Shown: piece after piece, positions 57,476 through 64,000 of the stretch
How the letters are laid out: each line of letters starts with the position of its first letter
How positions within the stretch are numbered: position 1 is the first letter of the stretch
Source: Actinomycetota bacterium
GTDB lineage: Bacteria > Actinomycetota > Coriobacteriia > Anaerosomatales > UBA912
DNA length: 64,000 nucleotides
Direction of reading: 5' to 3'
Assembly (NCBI GenBank): GCA_018334075.1
Contig: JAGXSC010000044.1
Coordinates: 53 to 64,052, forward strand
Program-made: the position numbers and the translations under genes
The notes under the pieces: generated by a model
Databases searched by the model: none
What the model was told of the DNA's origin: nothing
The model's input: only the letters and a program-made list of their open reading frames with translations

Positions 57476-58820
57476 CGTTGAATCTCTCTAATGTGTAAGG
57501 TTCATCAGGGCTCAGTCCAGCCTTTTTCTTGGCGATGGATAGTTGCTGCTCGGGAGTTTCGATGTGACTCAGGTCGGGCAGCAAAACTCCTCTTTTTGTG
57601 CCGGAAGATACGATCACACCCCATTTTCGTGGATCCAAATCGGAGATGCTGCATTTTTGGGGCTGCTCGATGAGGTCTACCTTTATGGTGAGAGTATCGA
57701 GTTCATCTGCCGATACCGACGCGAATCTGCAGTCAGCGGTAGCGGCTTGAACTGCACTTTTTGCGATTTCGCTCGCGATGTTATCGCAAGTCGGATATAT
57801 CGAACCGATACATCCACGCAGCCGGCCTTCACTGTGAAGTGACACAAAAACACCTGTGCGATCGGGAAGATCGCCGACATCATAGAGTTTAGGCTCGAGC
57901 ATCTTTCCTGTAAAAAGGAAGTGCCGAATAGCGCTTCTTGCCAGTGTGATCGGATCGGCAAACACGGCTTGGGGATAAAAATCTACACTGTCCCCCAAAG
58001 GAGCCAGCTGTTCGTTTATCACAGCGGTCAGATAGCCCACTCCCCACGGACGCTCATAGGAGAGCACTCTGGTGTAAGCGGGAGAAGATGCCGCACCAAC
58101 TGCGATAAACGAACGCAAACCACACTGACCTGCTTCGTCTATGAGCGACGAATCAAGATTTGAAAGCCCGAGATAGTCGTTCGCGGAGATCAAAGTGATC
58201 AGCGCCCTGTCGAATTCGGCCGCTCGGCTAGAGTATCCCGCCGGTGCGTCTGGAGTGAGCTTGTGGCTGCAGTCTCCGCTACCCACAACTGCAAGTCTTG
58301 TATTCAGGGAGGCCGCAGCCATACGCAAAACGGCGCCTAGGTGGAGATAGTTTTCTAAAGCTAAGGTTGAGGCTGATATTGGGATAATTGGCCAGCGGGA
58401 ATTTGGATTGAGTATCGACATCGGCACGATCACACCGTGATCTAAAGTGCCCGCATAAAGTGAAGGTACGGACACCCTGTCGATTGCTGGAATACCTCTA
58501 TCGTCAAGGCGATAAAGTAATTCCTGAGCGAATGCGGGGTTTCCTCGGAAGGAGCTTGAGATTGTAGCCGCGCCAAATTCTCTTAGCGATCCAACGTGCT
58601 TGGGTGAGGAGTCGACGCTTATGGCACCAGCAATCGTGGGGGTATGGGGTGATAGCACCACGATGATCTCGGGATCGAACCGAGTCAGCGCTTTTGCAGC
58701 AAAGTGCAGAGAAGAAGAGGTTTGAGCTGTGCGAGCGGAATCTTTGCCGCCAACTGCCTCAAGCATGATCGGTGGATGTGGAGCTATTATGCCGTAAACC
58801 TCAGATACCGAAGGGCCCAT
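57459..58820 (-). CDS. fusion of class III extradiol dioxygenase-like (LigB/Memo-like) domain and AMMECR1 domain
   Basis: N-terminal half has IIAPHPP...VVLSPHTP...DHGVIVP. C-terminal half has the AMMECR1 signature LRGCIGS and RGVLLP. Confidence 0.75.
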   Translation of the reverse strand: MGPSVSEVYGIIAPHPPIMLEAVGGKDSARTAQTSSSLHFAAKALTRFDPEIIVVLSPHTPTIAGAISVDSSPKHVGSLREFGAATISSSFRGNPAFAQELLYRLDDRGIPAIDRVSVPSLYAGTLDHGVIVPMSILNPNSRWPIIPISASTLALENYLHLGAVLRMAAASLNTRLAVVGSGDCSHKLTPDAPAGYSSRAAEFDRALITLISANDYLGLSNLDSSLIDEAGQCGLRSFIAVGAASSPAYTRVLSYERPWGVGYLTAVINEQLAPLGDSVDFYPQAVFADPITLARSAIRHFLFTGKMLEPKLYDVGDLPDRTGVFVSLHSEGRLRGCIGSIYPTCDNIASEIAKSAVQAATADCRFASVSADELDTLTIKVDLIEQPQKCSISDLDPRKWGVIVSSGTKRGVLLPDLSHIETPEQQLSIAKKKAGLSPDEPYTLERFNVVRYT

Positions 58821-58846
58821 GACTCACTCCCCGCTCTCGCGTGCCT

Positions 58847-60172
58847 CTATTCAAGCAAATACCCTGAAAGAAACCAAGTTTGCGCTGATGTGATCTTTAC
58901 ATCGAGGATACGTCCCTCTAGCGCTTTTAGTGCTGTGCTAGCGGAAAGCGGCGCGTGGACTATCTTGTTGCCGTCGCTGCGCCCGCTAAGCATATTGGGA
59001 TCTTTTTTAGAGGTGCCCTCAATCAAGACCCTTTGCACACTACCGACAAGCGCTTCGTTCTTTTTCAGGGCGCTGGCATGGATCATTTCAACCAGTCTGT
59101 CAAATCGCTTCTGGGTTACCTCGCGTGGCACCGTTTCTGTCAAGGTTGCCGCCGGCGTACCTTCCCGAGGCGAATATATGAAGGTGAAAGCTTGATCGTA
59201 GTTGGCCGCGCCAACCAACGAAAGTGTCTGCTCGAAGTCTTCTTCTGATTCACCAGGAAAGCCAACTATGATATCGGTGGAAAGGGAGAGGTCTGGCATC
59301 GCCGCGTAAAGTCTCTCTACGGTGGAAAGATAGTGAGCCGCAGTGTATCCCCTATTCATGGCTTCAAGAATTCGGTCAGATCCTGACTGCACCGGCAGGT
59401 GCAGCGCTCGACTGATTGCAGATTGGCTAGCCATCATCGCGATGGTTTCATCGGAGATGTCTTTTGGATGAGAAGTTGCGAATCGAATTCTGCTTGTCCC
59501 GGTTTGTGCGACTTTCTCGAGCAGATCGGTGAAGCGAGGGGCTCCATACAGGTCCCGTCCGTAGGAATTGACGTTTTGGCCGAGCAAGGTGACCTCTATA
59601 ACCCCTTCGGCCAGCAGCTGTTTCGTCTCGGCAACGATCTCATCGATGGCTCTACTGCGCTCCCTGCCTCGAACATGCGGAACGATGCAGTAGGTGCAAA
59701 AGTTGTCGCATCCTACCGTAATTGGTACCCATGCCTGAAATGGTCGCTCTCTTTGGGAGGGCAGCTCGGAGGCGAACGTGTCTGAGGAATCCATAATTTC
59801 AACTACAGCCGATGGCGAATCAGCAGCGGTTAGCAGCAGTTCTGGCAGGCGACTGATGTTGTGGGTGCCGAATACGACATCGACGTGTGGCAGCTCTTTC
59901 AGTAGCGTGCTTCCATCGCGTTGTCCGATGCATCCCCCAACCGCTATGAGAACGTCCGGGCGCTCGGTCTTGATCGCTTTCAGGCTCGCCACCTGTCCAG
60001 TCAGGCGTGAATCAGCGTTATCTCTGACACAGCAGGTCATGAATACCAGGACATCGGAGTCGGTGAAGCTGTCTGCAGGGGAAAGCCCACAGGACTCCAG
60101 AAGCCCGGCGACCCTTTCGGAATCATGTTTGTTCATTTGGCACCCGAAAGTGCGAATTGCGTAAGTTTTCAT
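58847..60172 (-). CDS. miaB: tRNA-2-methylthio-N6-dimethylallyladenosine synthase
   Basis: UPF0004 N-terminus (TFGCQMN), radical SAM CDNFCTYCIVP, and a TRAM C-terminus. Confidence 0.92.
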   Translation of the reverse strand: MKTYAIRTFGCQMNKHDSERVAGLLESCGLSPADSFTDSDVLVFMTCCVRDNADSRLTGQVASLKAIKTERPDVLIAVGGCIGQRDGSTLLKELPHVDVVFGTHNISRLPELLLTAADSPSAVVEIMDSSDTFASELPSQRERPFQAWVPITVGCDNFCTYCIVPHVRGRERSRAIDEIVAETKQLLAEGVIEVTLLGQNVNSYGRDLYGAPRFTDLLEKVAQTGTSRIRFATSHPKDISDETIAMMASQSAISRALHLPVQSGSDRILEAMNRGYTAAHYLSTVERLYAAMPDLSLSTDIIVGFPGESEEDFEQTLSLVGAANYDQAFTFIYSPREGTPAATLTETVPREVTQKRFDRLVEMIHASALKKNEALVGSVQRVLIEGTSKKDPNMLSGRSDGNKIVHAPLSASTALKALEGRILDVKITSAQTWFLSGYLLE

Positions 60173-60183
60173 AGCGAGGCAGT

Positions 60184-61005
60184 CTATCTGTGATTGTCGG
60201 ATAGTTTCAACAGTTCTATAAGTGATTTCACTGGAATCTTTTCTCCGCCCAACAAGCCTCCTGGCGAGTCGAACCCGTGGAAATCGGATCCGCCGGTGAC
60301 GAGAAGGTCATATTTATCGGCAATCTCGGTGTAGTGTTGCTTTTGCGTATGGGTGTGCAGAGGATGGTATACCTCAATACCGCCGAGCCCAGCCTCCACC
60401 AGATATGGAATGCATTCATCGCTATCATGCACTCCTGGATGAGCAAAAACCGCAACGCCTCCAGCCGCTATGATTGACTCGATCACCTCGGCGGGATCAA
60501 CCTCGGGTTTTGGAATATAAAATGGCCTTCCGTGACCTATAAGATCAGAAAAAGCCTCGGAGGCAGTCGAGCACAGTCCGCCCGCGACCAAAGCTCTAGC
60601 GATATGGGAGCGGCCAAGACTGCCGCTGCCTGCCAGATTTAGAACGTCTTCAAACTGGACCATAATTCCACTGTCGCGGAGTCGAGCTACCATCTTTCTA
60701 GCTCGGGTAGCTCTTGCTTGTCTAAGTGATACGAGCCGGTCGATAAGAGAAGGATTGGCAGGATCGATAAAGTATCCCAGAATATGCAGGTCAGTACCGT
60801 TCCAGGAGGCTGAAAGTTCAACGCCAGGGATGACGATGAGATCTGTTTTCTCGGCGGCGGAAAGTGCTTCGCCAATACCTTCTACCGAGTCATGATCGGT
60901 TATTGCAAGTGCGGTCAATCCCTGGCACAGTGACGACTCGACAAGTTGAGCAGGAGAGAGTGCTCCATCAGATGCCGTGCTGTGAACGTGCAGGTCAAAT
61001 TGCAT
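60184..61005 (-). CDS. PHP-domain phosphoesterase (TrpH/YciV-like)
   Basis: MQFDLHVHSTASDG and ITDHDS PHP motifs. ATG 61005 was chosen because ORF-track start 61128 overlaps spoVS. Confidence 0.82.
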   Translation of the reverse strand: MQFDLHVHSTASDGALSPAQLVESSLCQGLTALAITDHDSVEGIGEALSAAEKTDLIVIPGVELSASWNGTDLHILGYFIDPANPSLIDRLVSLRQARATRARKMVARLRDSGIMVQFEDVLNLAGSGSLGRSHIARALVAGGLCSTASEAFSDLIGHGRPFYIPKPEVDPAEVIESIIAAGGVAVFAHPGVHDSDECIPYLVEAGLGGIEVYHPLHTHTQKQHYTEIADKYDLLVTGGSDFHGFDSPGGLLGGEKIPVKSLIELLKLSDNHR

Positions 61006-61037
61006 CGGGCCACGTCTCACTTCTGCAAAAGAAGTAT

Positions 61038-61316
61038 TCAAGCTGACATGTCGCGTAGCTCGACAAGCAGACGGATCGCAGTGCGCTCCTCGCCTTTGAT
61101 TATTATGTCCGCGAAGGCGGGCACGCACGTTAGCTCCATTCCGGAAGGGGCAAGAAATCCTCGGGCTATGGCAATGGCTTTAATTGCCTGATTGAGTGCG
61201 CCGGCCCCAACGGTTTGCATCTCAACTGCGCCGTGATCTCGAATAATTCCTGCTAGCGCACCTGCAACAGAGTTAGGATTAGACTTGGAGGATACTTTTA
61301 GAACTTCCACTGGCAC
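61038..61316 (-). CDS. spoVS: SpoVS family protein
   Basis: 92 aa; LKVSSKSNPNSVAGALAG...GAGALNQAIKAIAIARGF is the typical SpoVS pattern. GTG start after AAGGAG. Confidence 0.88.
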   Translation of the reverse strand: MPVEVLKVSSKSNPNSVAGALAGIIRDHGAVEMQTVGAGALNQAIKAIAIARGFLAPSGMELTCVPAFADIIIKGEERTAIRLLVELRDMSA

Positions 61317-61410
61317 TCCTTGGATCCATGTAAATTTCTGGTTCTGCTTGCTAAAAATGTGCTACAGATAGTGGCTTTACATTATTGTAACGGATTGAGC
61401 CGGATGATTC

Positions 61411-62490
61411 TCAGTCGTCTTTCTCGATATCAAAACGTACGGATATTGAGTCCTTGGTAATGCGAATCCGCGGTTCACTCTTCGCGTAAAGAAAATACTT
61501 TTCAGCCAGCGAGTCAAAAGCAGTCGATACTTCCCGCCTGAAATCAACGAGGTCGCTCGGGTGAATCTTTAGCCCTTTACGGTTGCGGTATATGTCAGGC
61601 TCGGCCTTGGGAGCAAGCTCGCCAGCTGTAAAGAGCATTCGGATTATCGGGTCGATAGCACCGATCTCCTCAGCCAGAATGCGATGCGCTGTGCGTTCCG
61701 AGACCGGCAAGCCCACTGAAAGTGCTAACTCTGCCAGCTCAATAGCATCAGCCGCCATTCCCGGGCGTTGCCAAACAGGCAAAGATTCAATGTCCTCGGC
61801 GATCAAACGCCCTGTTCGCTCGATTGCAGTCCTTGACATAGTGGTGATAGTGGCAAGGATCTCTGTCGGCGAGCCTAGATAGATGTCCAGCTCGGGATGC
61901 TCACATGCAAACTCGACTGTATGTCTTAAAATATTGCGAGTTCCCCTGATTACCCTCCATCGCTCGTCCGATTCACGCTCTATCTGGGGCCACGAAGACT
62001 GATCAGATCTTTCCGTCAGCACGGCACAGTCGCAAGAAACCGTAATGGCGCAACCCATAGCCTTCTCTGATCTTGCTATCTTAGCAAGCGCTACGTTTTC
62101 CCGGACACTATAAAGTGCCATGCCTCGACCGTGAACCCCCCACTTATCCATCACCATCGCCTCAAGCTTCGATGTTATTCTCGGCTCGAAAACACGCTCG
62201 TGCATGGAGTGAGGAATACCGCACCCATCATCAATGATAGTGATATTGCGAGACTCTTCAGTCCGGTTTGTTGAAACAAATATTTGTTTGGCGCCAGCGT
62301 CTCTTGAGTTCCTGAGTAGCTCCACGAGCACATCCTCGACACAGCGAATGTCGTGTTTGGCTTGTCGTCGCTCGGCCTCCGCGATGTGCAATCTGACATA
62401 TCCGTCATCAAGAGTTTCTTCGACTTGCCGAAAGCCACTGCCTGAGATGGAGGTCACAAAATCCAGGGTAGTCTTGTTGGAATCACTCAT
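61411..62490 (-). CDS. GHKL (Bergerat-fold) ATPase resembling the MutL N-terminal domain, with an unknown C-terminal half
   Basis: ELLRNSRDAGA / IIDDGCGIP / ITSKL / GVHGRGMALYS parallel E. coli MutL ELVENSLDAGA / DNGCGI / ATSKI / GFRGEALASI (from memory). Only 359 aa. Confidence 0.65.
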   Translation of the reverse strand: MSDSNKTTLDFVTSISGSGFRQVEETLDDGYVRLHIAEAERRQAKHDIRCVEDVLVELLRNSRDAGAKQIFVSTNRTEESRNITIIDDGCGIPHSMHERVFEPRITSKLEAMVMDKWGVHGRGMALYSVRENVALAKIARSEKAMGCAITVSCDCAVLTERSDQSSWPQIERESDERWRVIRGTRNILRHTVEFACEHPELDIYLGSPTEILATITTMSRTAIERTGRLIAEDIESLPVWQRPGMAADAIELAELALSVGLPVSERTAHRILAEEIGAIDPIIRMLFTAGELAPKAEPDIYRNRKGLKIHPSDLVDFRREVSTAFDSLAEKYFLYAKSEPRIRITKDSISVRFDIEKDD

Positions 62491-62510
62491 GATTGAGCTC
62501 CGATGTCAGA

Positions 62511-64000
62511 TCACTTAGCGTATTCGACGACCCTGCTTTCGCGAATCACCAATACCTTAATCTGACCCGGATACTCGAGTTCATCCTCGATCTGCTTTGC
62601 AATATCACGGGCGAGAATAATAGTGCTTGCATCGTCAATTACTTCAGGCTTGACCATAATGCGGATTTCGCGACCAGCCTGCATCGCATAGCATTTTTCT
62701 ACACTAGGGTGGCTTTGAGCGACCGCCTCTAGTTTTTCGAGGCGCTTAATGTAACTTTCAAGAGTCTCTCGCCTGGCGCCAGGACGTGCAGCGGAGATGG
62801 CATCTGCGGCCTGAACCAGTACGGCTTCGACGGTCATTGGCTCTACGTCGGCATGGTGAGCCTCAATGCAGTGGATAATCTGCGCTGGCTCATTCATACG
62901 TCTGGCAAGATCGGCGCCTATGACCGCATGTGGACCATCGACTTCGTGATCGATAGCTTTTCCAAGATCGTGCAACAGACCCGCTCTTTTGGCCAGATCA
63001 ACGTCTACGCCCAACTCGGCTGCCATGACACCAGCCAAATGTGCGACCTCAAGGGAGTGCTTCAGCACGTTTTGCCCGTACGAAGTTCTGAACTTGAGTC
63101 TGCCCAATGTGCGAAGTAGCTCGCCGTGCAGGCCGTGTATGCCTGCATCGAAAGAGGCTTGCTCGCCCGACTCCTGAATGACTTGATTGACTTGAATTTC
63201 AGCCTTCTTGAACATCTCCTCAATCCGCGCCGGGTGAATTCGCCCATCAGCGAGGAGTGCCTCAAGGGTGATTCTGCCGATCTCTCTTCTGACGGGATCA
63301 AAGCTTGAGAGAATTACAGCCTCAGGAGTGTCATCGATGATCAGATTAATTCCGGTGAGCTGCTCAAATGCACGTATATTTCGGCCTTCTCTACCAATAA
63401 TCCGACCCTTCAGGTCATCGCTTGGTATGTGAATAACCGAAACGGTAGATTCGGCAGTGTGATCTGCGGAAACCCTCTGGATCGCAATACCGACAATGTT
63501 TTTGGCTTTCTTGTCAGCTTCTTCACGTGCCCTTGCCTCGGTTTCCCGAATCAGCGCCGCAGCATCTTTTTTGACGTCATTTTCGATTTGCTGAAGAAGG
63601 TGGCTTCTGGCTTCATCCGCGGTCATTCCTGCAAGTGACTGTAAGCGATCATTTGCGTGTGAGATCAACGCGTCAAGATCGCTTTCCTTCTTGGTGATCT
63701 GCCCTTGAAGAGAGGAAAGTTGATGCTCGCGCTTTTCTACCGTTTCGATCCTGCGGTCAAGGGTCTCTTCCCGCTGAGTAAGACGATTTTCCAGCGCAGC
63801 AATTTCCTTGCGGCGCTCCTTTACTTCCAGGTCAGTTTCCTGTTTGAGATTGAATGCCTGGTCTTTAGCCTCAATGAGTGCTTCTCTTTTGAGGGTTTCT
63901 GCGTGCTTTTCGGCTTCTTTTATCATCCTATCGGCATTCTCGGCTGCCAGCTCTATCCGACCTTTGAGAATGAAGCGATTCAGAAAGAAGCCGACAGCGG
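62511..64000 (-). CDS. rny: ribonuclease Y (5' end beyond the window)
   Basis: KH domain ([15 protein letters not shown]) and HD domain (LLHDLGKA). The frame stays open to nt 64000 and encodes [13 protein letters not shown], a TM-anchor-like sequence. Confidence 0.93.
   Translation of the reverse strand, partial: AVGFFLNRFILKGRIELAAENADRMIKEAEKHAETLKREALIEAKDQAFNLKQETDLEVKERRKEIAALENRLTQREETLDRRIETVEKREHQLSSLQGQITKKESDLDALISHANDRLQSLAGMTADEARSHLLQQIENDVKKDAAALIRETEARAREEADKKAKNIVGIAIQRVSADHTAESTVSVIHIPSDDLKGRIIGREGRNIRAFEQLTGINLIIDDTPEAVILSSFDPVRREIGRITLEALLADGRIHPARIEEMFKKAEIQVNQVIQESGEQASFDAGIHGLHGELLRTLGRLKFRTSYGQNVLKHSLEVAHLAGVMAAELGVDVDLAKRAGLLHDLGKAIDHEVDGPHAVIGADLARRMNEPAQIIHCIEAHHADVEPMTVEAVLVQAADAISAARPGARRETLESYIKRLEKLEAVAQSHPSVEKCYAMQAGREIRIMVKPEVIDDASTIILARDIAKQIEDELEYPGQIKVLVIRESRVVEYAK

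Noticed and set aside
61006-61128. Upstream extension of the PHP gene, overlapping spoVS.
   Set aside because: The extension is Arg-rich and overlaps the conserved SpoVS C-terminus. ATG 61005 gives the canonical MQFDLHVHS PHP start.

Overview
This is a gene-dense chromosomal core segment: about 70 CDS and one tRNA. I saw no rRNA, CRISPR array, transposase or integrase. Gene content suggests an anaerobic, monoderm, Actinomycetota-like (possibly Coriobacteriia-like) genome. That inference rests on the scpA-scpB-rluB...cmk-plsC-ispH-der-plsY-gpsA string, a gcv operon followed by a GarA/OdhI-like FHA protein plus an FtsR-like MerR regulator, class III RNR, 2-oxoacid:ferredoxin oxidoreductase, and Gram-positive-type SOS boxes.

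Layout:
- 1-24.7 kb (+): msrA, an orphan PilB-family ATPase, deoB-pdp, a DHH-CBS-polyA-polymerase fusion, trpS, scpAB, rluB, hisC-tyrA-aroA, cmk, plsC, ispH, der, plsY, gpsA, and an alpha-oxoamine synthase.
- 24.7-27.4 kb (-): korBA.
- 27.5-34.3 kb (+): coaBC, tRNA-Pro(GGG), pgsA, a sugar nucleotidyltransferase/PMM-like fusion, and VanW.
- 34.3-35.5 kb (-): a pilin-like gene plus a degenerate-GGDEF membrane protein.
- 35.5-47.2 kb (+): dac, gcvT-H-PA-PB, a lipoate ligase, then a tight string from an RsiG-like gene to apt, an ACT gene and three unknown genes.
- 47.3-52.3 kb (-): nrdR-nrdD-trx-nrdG-dut-nudix and a LysM gene divergent from lexA.
- 53.1-64 kb (-): hflX, dapL, dapF, miaA, a LigB-AMMECR1 fusion, miaB, PHP, spoVS, a MutL-N-like GHKL ATPase, and rny (runs off the end).

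Most interesting signals (all hypotheses from reading the sequence, no searches run):
1. A scattered c-di-GMP / sigma-28 theme: tandem MshEN motifs in PilB, a pilin co-transcribed with a GGDEF protein that has lost the active site but keeps the RxxD I-site, a single-motif RsiG-like coiled-coil protein, and a FlgM-like ORF.
2. A short MutL-N-terminal-like ATPase sitting where ymdB sits in the Bacillus rny-ymdB-spoVS locus.
3. Pseudo-enzyme-like degeneration in a CobS homolog and in the PMM half of a fusion protein.
4. Clear regulatory sites: three SOS boxes, a paired NrdR box, a 22-bp palindrome, and a candidate small RNA.

Start codons were adjusted by eye from the ORF track and are less certain than the stops.
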